64,000 nucleotides of DNA from Cytophagaceae bacterium. Its GTDB lineage: Bacteria; Bacteroidota; Bacteroidia; Cytophagales; JAIYAX01. The notes beneath the pieces were generated by a model. That model did no database searches and was not told where the DNA came from. It saw nothing but the letters and a program-made list of their open reading frames with translations. This document shows, piece by piece, positions 9,790-20,028 of this stretch. The stretch's first letter is position 1; each line of letters opens with the position of its first letter. A program made the translations under genes and the position numbers. Where the stretch lies: the NCBI GenBank assembly GCA_027488815.1, contig JAIYAX010000019.1, positions 65,198 to 129,197 of the forward strand, written 5' to 3'.

Positions 9790-10275
9790 TTATTTGCTTA
9801 ATTTATTGATCAAACTGGTGGTCGAAAAGCCTTCAGTCAAAGGTATGATAAAAACTTTTCCGCCCTTTTCCTCAACAAATTTTGCACCAACTACAGTTTC
9901 CGGGACATAGTCTCCACCCTTTACAAGGCAATCAGGAGACAATTTTTTAATCAAATCAAGAGGAGTATCTTCATCAAAAAGGCAGACGGCATCTACAAAA
10001 CCAAGTGAAGCCAGCACAAGCGCTCTGGCATACTCGGGGTTTACAGGCCTTTCCGGGCCTTTAAGGGCATTGACGCTTCGGTCGGTATTAAGTCCAATCA
10101 CGAGTTTATCGCCTAACTGTGCTGCCTGCTCGAGGTATTCTACGTGACCAAGGTGGAGGATATCGAAACACCCATTGGTAAAAACGACTTTCTGACCGCT
10201 TTTCTGCCAATTTTGGCAGACCTGCGCCAAGTCTTCAGGGACCATTACTTTAAGCTTACTGAGGCTTTTGTTCAT
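9790..10275 (-). CDS. Stand-alone cytidylyltransferase-fold enzyme (RfaE domain II-like heptose-1-P adenylyltransferase family)
   Basis: FTNGCFDILHLGHVEYL (HxGH nucleotidyltransferase motif), about 160 aa. Overlaps the upstream gene by 20 nt unless it starts at MVPEDL (10245). Confidence 0.7.
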   Translation of the reverse strand: MNKSLSKLKVMVPEDLAQVCQNWQKSGQKVVFTNGCFDILHLGHVEYLEQAAQLGDKLVIGLNTDRSVNALKGPERPVNPEYARALVLASLGFVDAVCLFDEDTPLDLIKKLSPDCLVKGGDYVPETVVGAKFVEEKGGKVFIIPLTEGFSTTSLINKLSK

Positions 10276-11278
10276 GACTTCCCGGGATTGTCTTTAGGAA
10301 GGAGACAATAATTAAACTAATAAAGCCCCCAAAAATAAACAGCATGGCTTGCGAGGTATGTAAAACGGTAGCAAATGTAATTCCTCCACGGTCGCTGATG
10401 CCATACAGAACGAGGGCTGCGCTTACCAAAATATGAAAAGCACCTATTCCTCCCTGTACCGGGGCAGACATCCCTAGGCCTCCCACCATTAAAATGGTCA
10501 GGCCGGCAATAGGCCCTAGACCTGAAGTTTCATCAATTGCAAAGACTACCACCCATGTCATGAGAAAATAGTTAACCCATATGTTGAGGGTGTGGAAATA
10601 GTAAAGTGGCTTGTTCTCAACATTCCGAATACTCAGTATACCGTCCTTAACAGCTTTGAATAGATTAAAAATTTTAAGAACCAGAGCATTCTTTGCTAGC
10701 TTTTCTCTTTTGTACCAAACCAAAAATAGCAGTCCAAGAAGTACAAAAACGATTGGAATAACAATGTGGAGGCGGTCCGTAAGAAAGGCACCGGAACCTC
10801 CGAACTTTGCAAAAAACTGCTCATAAAAGAAAAGTTTCAGCCGAGCAAACTCAAGGAGTAGGGTAAGTAATAATAGAAACAGCAGACATAACAGGTCCAG
10901 CGCACGCTCAGCGATTACAGTTCCAAAACCCTGAGCCAGAGGTATTCTATTCGTTTTTTGAAGCACTCCGCAGCGAGTTACTTCTCCCATTCGAGGGATC
11001 ACCAGGTTAGCCAGATAGCCCGTGAGCAGTGCGGCCATACCTCTCCAGGGCCCTGGATTGTAGCCGATTGACTTTAACATCATGTTCCATCTGGCAGCTC
11101 TGCTGTAGAGAGAGACCAAGGAGAAGCACAATGAAAGTATTACCCATTCATACTTTACTTTTTTAAAGTCTTCCATGACCTCTGCCAGTGGGATATCTTT
11201 AAAGACATACCATAGCAATAGAAAAGCCACTGCCAGTGAAGCAGTGTATTTTAAAAATGATACCACCGTGAGTTTCAT
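10256..11278 (-). CDS. UPF0104 / LPG-synthase-TM (flippase-like) integral membrane protein
   Basis: About 8 predicted TM helices. [11 protein letters not shown] and [13 protein letters not shown] are typical of the family. Confidence 0.6.
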   Translation of the reverse strand: MKLTVVSFLKYTASLAVAFLLLWYVFKDIPLAEVMEDFKKVKYEWVILSLCFSLVSLYSRAARWNMMLKSIGYNPGPWRGMAALLTGYLANLVIPRMGEVTRCGVLQKTNRIPLAQGFGTVIAERALDLLCLLFLLLLTLLLEFARLKLFFYEQFFAKFGGSGAFLTDRLHIVIPIVFVLLGLLFLVWYKREKLAKNALVLKIFNLFKAVKDGILSIRNVENKPLYYFHTLNIWVNYFLMTWVVVFAIDETSGLGPIAGLTILMVGGLGMSAPVQGGIGAFHILVSAALVLYGISDRGGITFATVLHTSQAMLFIFGGFISLIIVSFLKTIPGSHEQKPQ

Positions 11279-11631
11279 GAATGAGAGGGGAGCCTGTTAT
11301 TTTCGTCAGGAAATACGATAACAGGTTGATATACTTTGGCTTCCTCAGGTGACATAGAAGCATAGGATATGACCAGAACGATATCACCAACCTGTGCTTT
11401 ACGTGCAGCAGGGCCATTCAGGCAAACAACACCAGTGCCACGCTCACCTTTGATGACATACGTTTCAAGCCGCTCCCCATTATTGATGTTGACCACTTGT
11501 ACTTTTTCATTCTCAATGAGGTCTGCCGCCTCCATCAGATCTTCATCCAGAGTGATGCTACCCACATAATGAAGTTCAGCCTGAGTAATTTTTACCCGGT
11601 GTATTTTGGATTTAAGTATTTGGATGGTCAT
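11275..11631 (-). CDS. panD: Aspartate 1-decarboxylase
   Basis: [23 protein letters not shown], including the Gly-Ser self-processing site. Confidence 0.95.
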   Translation of the reverse strand: MTIQILKSKIHRVKITQAELHYVGSITLDEDLMEAADLIENEKVQVVNINNGERLETYVIKGERGTGVVCLNGPAARKAQVGDIVLVISYASMSPEEAKVYQPVIVFPDENNRLPSHS

Positions 11632-11666
11632 TCAAAAAGCGACCTGATGGTCTTGAGGCTGCAAAA

Positions 11667-12527
11667 CTAAGGAATTAATGAAATATTATCGATAAGCCTT
11701 ATGCCATTGATTTCGGCAGCAACACAAAGGTGATAGCTATACGGATCTGCCTTGATCAATTTAACATTAAGTACTGTTTCAAAGGTGTCTTTATGTACAG
11801 CAGTGAGGTATTCAGTTTTAAATCCTTTGACTTCCAAATTGGCCTTACCTTGCTCAAGTAAATTTTGCAAAGGTGTTTGGCCTTTGTGCAGGAGGTCTTT
11901 GATTTTAGTCATTTCTTGAAACAAAGCCGGAGCCAATTGACGATCTTCTCTACTAAAGCGTCTGTTTCTGCTGCTCATAGCAAGGCCATCCGCTTCCCTT
12001 ACAGTAGCGCCAATCTCCAGTCGAACAGGAAAAGAAAGCTCCTGAATAATTTGGCTAACCACAGCCACTTGTTGCAAATCCTTTTGTCCCAACCACAACA
12101 CATCCGGCTGAATGATATTGAGCAATTTAATGACGACTAGCGCCACCCCACTGAAGTGCCCAGGTCGGTGGCTACCTTCTAGCACCTGATCAATGCTACC
12201 CATCTGAATGGTCAGTCCAACCCTTTTAGGATACATTTCAGTCACATCCGGTAGGAAGAGCACATTACAACCTGATTGCTCAAGCATGGCGATATCCTGC
12301 TCTTCTGATTTGGGGTACAAGTCAAAATCCTGACTGTTGTTAAACTGTCGGGGGTTAACAAAAATGCTTCCAACTACTAGATCACTTTGTTGTGAAGCTT
12401 GCCGGATTAATGAAATATGACCTTCATGCAGGGCTCCCATCGTAGGAACAAAACCAAAGGTTCTGCCTGCTCTCCTGTGACTAATCAGGATTTCACGTAT
12501 TTCATGAATGCTTTTTACAGTGATCAT
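11667..12527 (-). CDS. panC: Pantoate-beta-alanine ligase
   Basis: GFVPTMGALHEGHISL (HxGH) and a full-length match to the PanC pattern. Confidence 0.95.
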   Translation of the reverse strand: MITVKSIHEIREILISHRRAGRTFGFVPTMGALHEGHISLIRQASQQSDLVVGSIFVNPRQFNNSQDFDLYPKSEEQDIAMLEQSGCNVLFLPDVTEMYPKRVGLTIQMGSIDQVLEGSHRPGHFSGVALVVIKLLNIIQPDVLWLGQKDLQQVAVVSQIIQELSFPVRLEIGATVREADGLAMSSRNRRFSREDRQLAPALFQEMTKIKDLLHKGQTPLQNLLEQGKANLEVKGFKTEYLTAVHKDTFETVLNVKLIKADPYSYHLCVAAEINGIRLIDNISLIP

Positions 12528-12595
12528 TAGGCAGTTATAGACTGCAAGTATACATCAGCCCTTGGAGGTTTTGGTGAGTACTGATTTTTTTTTAG

Positions 12596-12603
12596 TATCT
12601 TTG
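12596..12603 (+). promoter_or_regulatory. Candidate -7 box TATCTTTG for the GlgA-N-like gene
   Basis: TAnnTTTG lies 50 nt upstream of the ATG at 12653. TTTG at 12570-12573 could be a -33 element but the spacer is long (22 nt). Confidence 0.35.
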
Positions 12604-12652
12604 CCTTCCTATTTGCCGCAACAGTCGGCCCTTGTACGAAAAACAGGTTTGT

Positions 12653-13465
12653 ATGTCTAAATTACGCATCCTCTACGTTGCCAGTGAAATTAATCCATTC
12701 CTTCAAACCACACATGTTGCAGATTTTGTAAGACGATTGCCACAGGCCATGCAGGAAATGGGCATGGAAATTCGAATACTTGTTCCACGTTTTGGTCTGA
12801 TCAACGAACGTAAAAACCGTTTGCATGAAGTTGTCCGGCTTTCAGGAATGAACATTTCCGTCGGAGATGAAGAAAAACCTTTGATCATCAAGGTGGCCTC
12901 AATTCCTAATGCCAAGCTACAAGTCTACTTTATTGATAACGAAGATTATTTCCAACGTAAGTCTGTGTTCTTTGACAAGGAGAATAATTTCCACCCTGAC
13001 AACGACGAGAGAGCGATCTTTTTCTGTAAAGGAGTATTAGAGACGGTTAAAAAACTAGGGTGGTCACCTGATATCGTTCATTGTAATGATTGGATGACCT
13101 CATTGATCCCTATGTATGTAAAAACTACTTACCGGAGAGACCCAATTTTCAAGAATACCAAAACAGTCTTTTCCATCTACAATAATTATTACGATTTCAA
13201 GTTTGATGATTCCCTCATCTTCAAAGCCAGAATGATGGACATAGAGGATGATATGCTCCAACCCTTAAGCACAGGAGACTTTGCCGGGTTCATCCGAACA
13301 GGCATTATGTATGCCGATGCAGTTATCAAAGCCGATGGAGAAACAGGGGAAAGTTTGAGACACCTTCTTTCAACAGTTCAAGAAGAAAAGAAAATTGAAG
13401 CGATTGAGGTTAATGAAAATTTTACAGAGTCGTATTACAACCTATATACAGACCTCGTCAGCTAA
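12653..13465 (+). CDS. Short glycogen/starch-synthase-like protein (N-terminal Glyco_transf_5 half only)
   Basis: ORF 12632..13465, ATG at 12653. KLRILYVASEINPF resembles the GlgA N-terminus, but it is only about 270 aa and KTGGL is replaced by QTTHV. Confidence 0.7.
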   Translation: MSKLRILYVASEINPFLQTTHVADFVRRLPQAMQEMGMEIRILVPRFGLINERKNRLHEVVRLSGMNISVGDEEKPLIIKVASIPNAKLQVYFIDNEDYFQRKSVFFDKENNFHPDNDERAIFFCKGVLETVKKLGWSPDIVHCNDWMTSLIPMYVKTTYRRDPIFKNTKTVFSIYNNYYDFKFDDSLIFKARMMDIEDDMLQPLSTGDFAGFIRTGIMYADAVIKADGETGESLRHLLSTVQEEKKIEAIEVNENFTESYYNLYTDLVS

Positions 13466-14786
13466 CAGGTTTTTATTCTTTTTATGGGTAATTGTCTTGG
13501 TATCCTCTTGCAGGAAACCGGAGAATGATATTTTCAACTCTCCTGACCCAAATGACAAGAATGGCCTGATTTATACGGACACATTTAGTTTACAACTAAA
13601 AACTGTTCTTGTACTCGACACCTTCAATACCTTTGGCTTTGGCCCCAATGATTACATCCTTACTGGGCAATTTAACCACCCTATATTTGGTACAGTAAGT
13701 AGTCGTGCTTTCTTTCAACTGATCTATTTATCCAACAGCAAGTTTAGAACAGCAGTCCCTCCGGCCAGTGAGCTTGACTCAACCATAGTTACTCTTCCTT
13801 ATAAGTATTATTATGGAGATACGACTCAACAGCAAACCTTCCTAGTTTACAGATTACCCAAGCGATACAAATTGGATGGTAAAGACTTCCCAGTAGAAAA
13901 GTCAAGTAAAGTTAACTTCATATTGGAAGAAGACAGTTTGTTTTCATTTACTACGTCGATCCGTCCAACGGGTAACGCCATAATTAAGTTCAGGGCAGAT
14001 GTTTTAGGAGAGATATTGACCAGTATCACCATTAACGACTATGTAAGTCTGGATCGCTTTCTGGATGCATTGAAAGGTTTTGCGATCGTACCTTCAAGTT
14101 CAAATACCTGCGTAATTGGTATTGACCCTTTCCTTTCCTCTACCAGAGTGTATTATACAGATAGCCTGAGTGAAACCTTTTCTTTCTTTGGCCCAAGTAC
14201 TACTCAACTGAATCAGGAGATTGATTGGTTTCACTACATTGAGTCTGATCGAAGAGGAACAATACTAAGGGATTTACAAAACTGGTATGACGCATTGCCT
14301 CTATCAGCAGCAAGCAACAATATGGTTTATGCTCAGCAAGGCACTGGAGTTAGAATTGAAGTAAAGATTCCGGCTTTCGATGACTTAAAATCAAGACTTG
14401 GAGAAGTGGTCATCCATAGAGCCGACCTTGAAATCAAAATGGATCCAAATCCACCATTTGCTGGCGTTCCGGCACTTTCAGCTTATGTTCTTGATCAGAA
14501 TAGTAGAATCAATACATTTAACGGTGTCAGAGAGTTGGTCACTCAAATTGCTACAGTTAGTCAAAGTGAAACAAGAGTAAGTACCGTTATTGCCTCACCC
14601 ACAGGCAACCCTGCTACTTATACGCTACCGATGGCTTTAGTTTTGCAGAACATTGTGAATGGATCAAGAAAAAATAATGGATTCATCATTTCGCCAGTTT
14701 TGGGAAACGACCGAGATGGCTTTAACATTTTAATGCTACGTCAGGATCAATTCAAGTTGAAAGTCTACTATTTGAAAACCAACTAG
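13413..14786 (+). CDS. DUF4270-like lipoprotein
   Basis: ORF 13395..14786, first ATG at 13413. Lipobox LVSSC. Its position between the GlgA-N-like gene and glmS is the arrangement I associate with DUF4270 in Bacteroidota. Confidence 0.6.
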   Translation: MKILQSRITTYIQTSSANRFLFFLWVIVLVSSCRKPENDIFNSPDPNDKNGLIYTDTFSLQLKTVLVLDTFNTFGFGPNDYILTGQFNHPIFGTVSSRAFFQLIYLSNSKFRTAVPPASELDSTIVTLPYKYYYGDTTQQQTFLVYRLPKRYKLDGKDFPVEKSSKVNFILEEDSLFSFTTSIRPTGNAIIKFRADVLGEILTSITINDYVSLDRFLDALKGFAIVPSSSNTCVIGIDPFLSSTRVYYTDSLSETFSFFGPSTTQLNQEIDWFHYIESDRRGTILRDLQNWYDALPLSAASNNMVYAQQGTGVRIEVKIPAFDDLKSRLGEVVIHRADLEIKMDPNPPFAGVPALSAYVLDQNSRINTFNGVRELVTQIATVSQSETRVSTVIASPTGNPATYTLPMALVLQNIVNGSRKNNGFIISPVLGNDRDGFNILMLRQDQFKLKVYYLKTN

Positions 14787-14830
14787 ATAATTACTTGATT
14801 TAACTTCTTTTTCACTAATTCAAATCACTC

Positions 14831-16666
14831 ATGTGCGGAATAGTTGCTTACATCGGAAACCGTGAAGCCTGCCCGATCATCATCAAAGGTCTTAAAAGAC
14901 TGGAGTATAGGGGTTATGACAGTGCGGGAATTGCATTGGTAAACGGCAACCTGAATGTTTACAAACAGAAAGGTAAGGTAAGCGACCTGGAAGAGTTCTT
15001 GGCTGATAAAAACACTAGCGGCACCGTTGGCATGGGCCATACCCGATGGGCCACACATGGGGAGCCGAACAACACCAATGCACACCCACATTACTCGCAA
15101 TCAGGCAATCTTGCCATCATTCACAATGGAATAATTGAAAACTATGAATCGCTTAAAAAAGAGCTTCTGAAGAGAGGCTATGTTTTTAAAAGCGATACCG
15201 ACTCAGAGGTTTTCATTCACTTTATTGAAGACATCCAGAAAAACAACCAATGCACCATCGAGGAAGCAGTGCGACTGGCATTGCATGAGGTGATTGGGGC
15301 TTATGCCATTGTGATCATTTCTAAAGACAACCCAAGAAAATTAGTAGCAGCCAGGAAAGGTAGCCCATTGGTTGTAGGCATTGGCAAGGATGAGTTTTTA
15401 CTAGCTTCTGATGCCACTCCGATAATTGAGTATACCCGGGACGTGGTTTATATTAACGATTATGAAATTGTCACTATTGACGACGGGAAATTAACCGTAA
15501 AAACAATAGAGGACGTGCTTCAAAGCCCTTATGTGCATAAACTTGAAATGGAGCTTGAGTCCATCGAAAAGGGTGGGTTTGATCACTTTATGCTTAAGGA
15601 AATTTTTGAGCAACCAAAGTCTATACGTGATACCCTCAGAGGGCGTGTAAAATCTGAAATCAACCGGGTGATGCTCGGTGGTGTTCGTGATCTGGAAGAC
15701 ACACTGGTTAATGCAGACCGTATCATCATTATTGCCTGCGGAACCAGCTGGCATGCCGGCCTAGTGGCGGAATACATGTTTGAAGAGTATGCACGTATTC
15801 CGGTTGAAGTTGAATATGCTTCTGAGTTCAGGTATCGCAACCCAGTCATTAAAGAAGGAGATGTAGTGATCGCCATTTCGCAGTCTGGAGAAACAGCCGA
15901 TACGCTGGCAGCTATTGAACTAGCCAAATCAAAAGGAGCCATCATCTTTGGTGTTTGTAATGTTGTTGGTTCTTCTATTGCGAGGGCAACAAATGCCGGT
16001 GCTTATACCCATGCTGGCCCGGAAATTGGAGTTGCTTCTACCAAGGCATTTACTGCGCAAATCACTGTATTGCTTATGATGGCACTCATCATTGCAAAAC
16101 GAAAAGGAACGGTATCAGACAGCAAATACCGTCAATTGCTGATCGAGATTGAAAAATTACCTGAAAAAGTAGAAGAGGCTTTGACGGAAGCAGATAAGAT
16201 CAAGTATATCGCCAGCCTGTTCAAGGATGCCAAGAACTTTCTGTATCTGGGCAGAGGCTACAACTTCCCGGTAGCACTCGAGGGAGCACTCAAGCTGAAA
16301 GAAATCTCCTATATACATGCTGAAGGCTATCCGGCGGCAGAAATGAAGCATGGTCCTATTGCCTTGATTGATGAAGAGATGCCCGTAGTCTTTATTGCCA
16401 CAAAAGACTCTACCTATGACAAGATAGTCTCCAACATTCAGGAGGTCCGTGCCAGAAGAGGTCGGGTAATAGCTATCGTAACAAAAGGGGACGATTACAT
16501 CAAAGAGATGGCCGAGTTTGTGATCGAAGTACCTTCCACTCCTGAAGTGCTTGTACCGATCGTGGCGGTAGTTCCACTTCAAATTTTAGCCTATCATATA
16601 GCAGTGATGCGTGGCTGCAATGTTGATCAGCCAAGAAATCTGGCTAAATCCGTTACTGTGGAGTAA
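14831..16666 (+). CDS. glmS: Glutamine-fructose-6-phosphate aminotransferase
   Basis: MCGIVAYIG N-terminal Cys nucleophile, two SIS domains, C-terminal KSVTVE. Confidence 0.97.
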   Translation: MCGIVAYIGNREACPIIIKGLKRLEYRGYDSAGIALVNGNLNVYKQKGKVSDLEEFLADKNTSGTVGMGHTRWATHGEPNNTNAHPHYSQSGNLAIIHNGIIENYESLKKELLKRGYVFKSDTDSEVFIHFIEDIQKNNQCTIEEAVRLALHEVIGAYAIVIISKDNPRKLVAARKGSPLVVGIGKDEFLLASDATPIIEYTRDVVYINDYEIVTIDDGKLTVKTIEDVLQSPYVHKLEMELESIEKGGFDHFMLKEIFEQPKSIRDTLRGRVKSEINRVMLGGVRDLEDTLVNADRIIIIACGTSWHAGLVAEYMFEEYARIPVEVEYASEFRYRNPVIKEGDVVIAISQSGETADTLAAIELAKSKGAIIFGVCNVVGSSIARATNAGAYTHAGPEIGVASTKAFTAQITVLLMMALIIAKRKGTVSDSKYRQLLIEIEKLPEKVEEALTEADKIKYIASLFKDAKNFLYLGRGYNFPVALEGALKLKEISYIHAEGYPAAEMKHGPIALIDEEMPVVFIATKDSTYDKIVSNIQEVRARRGRVIAIVTKGDDYIKEMAEFVIEVPSTPEVLVPIVAVVPLQILAYHIAVMRGCNVDQPRNLAKSVTVE

Positions 16667-17312
16667 GGCGGGCTGCTTCCATGCGAAGCGTTGTACATAC
16701 TTTGTATCGCTCATCATGGGTATAATCAAATACCCTGTCAAGAAGATGTACCACTTCAGCAAGTCCTATTTTCTTTGCCCATTCAAATGGTCCTAGTGGG
16801 TAGTTGGTGCCCAAACGCATACTTAAATCAATATCCGATGGTTTAGCTGTTCCATCCTGGAAAGTGAAGTAAGCCTCATTGATAATCATACATACCACTC
16901 TCGGGCTTACCATTCCGATGGTGTCGCTTATTTCGTTGATGCCGATTTTGAGTGCCTCTGAAGCCTGCTTGAGAATGTTTAAATCCTGTCCTTGCCTGTA
17001 GGAGACTTCCAGACTTTTATCCCTTGCGAAGCCTGCCAGGCCATTGAAGCCGAAACAATCAAATTCTATAAAATCATTGCCCACTACTTCAGACAGCGTT
17101 GTATAAGGAATGTTGAGAAAAACGGCCTTAGGTTTTGATGCAAGGAAAAACTGAAGGCGGGTTTTTGAAGCAGGAATAAAATCAACTACCAGACAGCCAT
17201 GTTCAGGAAGTTCCTTTTCAGTCAGTAAGGAGGAATTTACTCCCAGTTCGATAAGTAGTTTATTAAAATCCTTCGCCTCCTGGCTGCTTCCGGTGATTGC
17301 TACCTTCATCAT
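16653..17312 (-). CDS. 3-hydroxyacyl-CoA dehydrogenase family protein with degenerate NAD-binding N-terminus
   Basis: 3HCDH C-terminal domain GMVSPRVVCMIINEAYF..DIDLSMRLGTNYPLGPFEW. The N-terminus MMKVAITGSSQEA lacks GxGxxG. Likely start at 17312 or 17309 rather than 17360. Confidence 0.65.
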   Translation of the reverse strand: MMKVAITGSSQEAKDFNKLLIELGVNSSLLTEKELPEHGCLVVDFIPASKTRLQFFLASKPKAVFLNIPYTTLSEVVGNDFIEFDCFGFNGLAGFARDKSLEVSYRQGQDLNILKQASEALKIGINEISDTIGMVSPRVVCMIINEAYFTFQDGTAKPSDIDLSMRLGTNYPLGPFEWAKKIGLAEVVHLLDRVFDYTHDERYKVCTTLRMEAARLTPQ

Positions 17313-17314
17313 TG

Positions 17315-17322
17315 TAAATTTG
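17315..17322 (+). promoter_or_regulatory. Candidate -7 box TAAATTTG for ridA
   Basis: TAnnTTTG lies 25 nt upstream of the ATG at 17347, in a 34-bp divergent gap. Confidence 0.5.
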
Positions 17323-17346
17323 CGAAAATTAAGTAATCCCATTGAA

Positions 17347-17730
17347 ATGAATACTTCCATTTATTCTGCTCAGGCACCCGCCCCGATTGGACCTTACAGC
17401 CAAGCTATCCAGGCAGGTAACACCCTTTATGTTTCTGGACAAATCGCCATTGACCCACAAACAGGCGCACTCAGTACTTCCGGAATTGAAGCAGAAACCA
17501 ACTTAGTGATGGCAAATCTTGATGCGATTCTAAAAGCTGCAGGCTACGATTTTTCAGATGTGGTGAAATGCAGCATTTTTCTTAAAAATTTCAACGACTT
17601 TGCCACTGTCAATGCCATTTATGGCACTTTCTTCAGCTCAAACCCACCTGCAAGGGAAACGGTCGAAGTAAGCCGATTGCCTAAAGACGTCAATATTGAA
17701 ATCAGCTGTATCGCTGTGAAAAATCAATAG
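17347..17730 (+). CDS. ridA: RidA/YjgF family reactive-intermediate deaminase
   Basis: APAPIGPYSQAIQAGNTLYVSGQ and ARETVEVSRLPKDVNIEI. Confidence 0.9.
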   Translation: MNTSIYSAQAPAPIGPYSQAIQAGNTLYVSGQIAIDPQTGALSTSGIEAETNLVMANLDAILKAAGYDFSDVVKCSIFLKNFNDFATVNAIYGTFFSSNPPARETVEVSRLPKDVNIEISCIAVKNQ

Positions 17731-17731
17731 G

Positions 17732-18217
17732 ATGTTACTCCATCGGCTGGGCCTCAGGCGCTCGGAAGTTATGGGGCTAAGCGTTGGCCCCGAGGAAGTA
17801 ACAGAAAGATTGCGGCTATATATCAGGCAGTTGCAACCGATTGATGCACCCTACAGAGATCCTTTGGGCAGTGGATCGCTAGGCTATGTTGATCATCATC
17901 GCTTTTCCTTTGTCTGGAGACATTATCATCCACAGCATCTTGCACCCTGGCTTAGTGGAGAATACCACCAAAGCAGAGAAGGTACATTTGTTCTGCTAAG
18001 CCTGAAGCTTCAGCCGCATATGGAGTTTTTCCTGGGACTCGGATTAGCGATTGGCACTTTTGTGGCCATAGTGCTTTTGGTATTGTACACCAAAATAGTG
18101 CTCTTTACTTTTTTGATCATAGGGTTTGCACTGATCTATCTCTTTATCCGATACCTTTTTGAGGAAAACTGCAAAAGAGCCCTCAATCATCTGTACAATC
18201 ATCTCAATGCCGATTGA
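17732..18217 (+). CDS. Hypothetical membrane protein (two C-terminal TM helices)
   Basis: ORF starts 1 nt after the ridA stop. Hydrophobic stretch FFLGLGLAIGTFVAIVLLVLY..LFTFLIIGFALIYLFI. No family recognised. Confidence 0.5.
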   Translation: MLLHRLGLRRSEVMGLSVGPEEVTERLRLYIRQLQPIDAPYRDPLGSGSLGYVDHHRFSFVWRHYHPQHLAPWLSGEYHQSREGTFVLLSLKLQPHMEFFLGLGLAIGTFVAIVLLVLYTKIVLFTFLIIGFALIYLFIRYLFEENCKRALNHLYNHLNAD

Positions 18218-18246
18218 TCCGGTTCGTGCATTGGAGACCTTATTTA

Positions 18247-18254
18247 TACCTTTG
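18247..18254 (+). promoter_or_regulatory. Candidate -7 box TACCTTTG for gltX
   Basis: TAnnTTTG lies 26 nt upstream of the ATG at 18280. Confidence 0.5.
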
Positions 18255-18279
18255 TACGGACTAATTTCCTTCTGAATTC

Positions 18280-19821
18280 ATGAACAGACCCGTCAAGGTA
18301 CGCTTTGCACCCAGTCCAACCGGCCCATTACACATTGGAGGGCTCCGGACAGCGCTTTACAACTATCTGCTAGCCAAAAAACTTGGAGGTCAAATGATAC
18401 TTCGGATCGAGGATACCGACCAAAACAGGTTCGTACCCGGTGCTGAAGAGTACATTGCCGAATCCCTTGCCTGGATCGGAATTAAACTGGATCAGGGGCC
18501 TAAAGAAGGCGGGCCTTACGCACCCTACAGACAAAGTGAACGTAAAGCCATGTACTTTCAATATGCCATGCAGTTGGTAAATGAAGGTCATGCCTATTAT
18601 GCCTTTGATACCCCTGAGGAGTTGGACGCTATGAGAGAACGGCTTAAGGCTGCGAGGGTCCAAAATCCGCAATACAACAGTGTGACAAGGGAAACCATGA
18701 AAAACTCTCTGACCTTGCCTGAAGATGAAGTTAAGGCAAGGATCGACTCAGGAGCACCTTATGTCATCCGGCTTAAAATTCCACGAAAAGAAGAAGTAAG
18801 GCTCAAAGATTTGATTAGAGGATGGGTAATGGTTCATTCTTCGACATTGGATGATAAGGTACTGATGAAATCCGATGGAATGCCAACCTATCACCTTGCC
18901 AACGTGGTCGATGATTATCTGATGGAAATCACACATGTCATCAGAGGAGAAGAATGGCTGCCCTCTGCTCCACTACATGTTCTGTTGTATAAATACCTGG
19001 GTTGGGAGGATAAGATGCCCCAATTCGCTCACTTGCCTCTGTTGCTTAAACCTGACGGAAATGGAAAACTAAGCAAAAGAGATGGTGACCAATTGGGTTT
19101 TCCTGTTTTCCCAGTCGACTGGATAGATCCTTTCACCGGCGATAAATCATCCGGATTTAGAGAAAGAGGTTTTTTGCCTGAGGCGGTAACCAATTTTCTG
19201 GCGTTCCTGGGCTGGAATCCTGGTACAGAGCAGGAGCTATTCACTATGGACGAACTTATAGAGGCTTTTACCGTGGAACGAATTGGTAAATCAGGCACCA
19301 AATTCGATTTTGCCAAAGCCAAATGGTTCAACCATCAATACATGTTGAAGCAAAGCAATGAGACCCTTTGGACTTATTTGAAAAATGAACTCGACCGAAA
19401 TCAAATCAGCGTTCAACAAGATAAAGGATTGAGGATTGTTGAAATGCTGAAGGAGCGTGTAACCTTCCCAGCAGATTTTTGGGTCGAAGGAAAGTATCTT
19501 TTTTCAAGACCGGAAGCCTATGATAGCCAAGTGGCCTCTGCCAAATGGACGGAGGAAGCAAGGCTAGTCATAAATGAGTTTTCAAAAGCTCTACAAAAAC
19601 TTGATCCCTTTATGGCTACTGAGATAAAAAGGACATTTGAAGAAACAGCACATACGGCACAGGTTAAACCGGGCAAAGTGCTTCAAGCCTTGCGTCTGGC
19701 TGTAACCGGGGTAGGAGCAGGGCCTGATCTTACGCTTACGATGGAGCTTTTGGGTAAGGAAGAAACCATACATCGGCTTAACAATGCCCTTGAAATTCTG
19801 GTTGTATCAGCAAACGTCTGA
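18280..19821 (+). CDS. gltX: Glutamate-tRNA ligase
   Basis: RFAPSPTGPLHIGGLRTA (HIGH) and GKLSKRDG (KMSKS variant). Confidence 0.97.
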   Translation: MNRPVKVRFAPSPTGPLHIGGLRTALYNYLLAKKLGGQMILRIEDTDQNRFVPGAEEYIAESLAWIGIKLDQGPKEGGPYAPYRQSERKAMYFQYAMQLVNEGHAYYAFDTPEELDAMRERLKAARVQNPQYNSVTRETMKNSLTLPEDEVKARIDSGAPYVIRLKIPRKEEVRLKDLIRGWVMVHSSTLDDKVLMKSDGMPTYHLANVVDDYLMEITHVIRGEEWLPSAPLHVLLYKYLGWEDKMPQFAHLPLLLKPDGNGKLSKRDGDQLGFPVFPVDWIDPFTGDKSSGFRERGFLPEAVTNFLAFLGWNPGTEQELFTMDELIEAFTVERIGKSGTKFDFAKAKWFNHQYMLKQSNETLWTYLKNELDRNQISVQQDKGLRIVEMLKERVTFPADFWVEGKYLFSRPEAYDSQVASAKWTEEARLVINEFSKALQKLDPFMATEIKRTFEETAHTAQVKPGKVLQALRLAVTGVGAGPDLTLTMELLGKEETIHRLNNALEILVVSANV

Positions 19822-19824
19822 TCA

Positions 19825-20028
19825 ATGCCTAAAATCAAAAAAGAAAGCTCAAAGGAACCTTTGCCTAAGGTTCATCCCTCATTGGAGGGTTTCCATTATG
19901 AAATCAATTCTTTTGGAGAATTGAGCAGCAGTATCCCTATTGAAAAACTGAACGCTTTTCTCAATAAAAACGTAGACGATAAAAAACTTCAGACCCTCAA
20001 GCCAGGAAAAAAGTCAAAGAACAAATGA
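19825..20028 (+). CDS. Small lysine-rich hypothetical protein
   Basis: 67-aa ORF whose stop overlaps the next start (ATGA). No family recognised. Confidence 0.4.
   Translation: MPKIKKESSKEPLPKVHPSLEGFHYEINSFGELSSSIPIEKLNAFLNKNVDDKKLQTLKPGKKSKNK

Noticed and set aside
12585-12593. A T9 tract immediately upstream of the candidate -7 box of the GlgA-N-like gene, considered as a phase-variable promoter spacer.
   Set aside because: A/T runs of this length occur elsewhere in the window (for example A8 at 27951 and 43893). The -33/-7 assignment here is itself weak.
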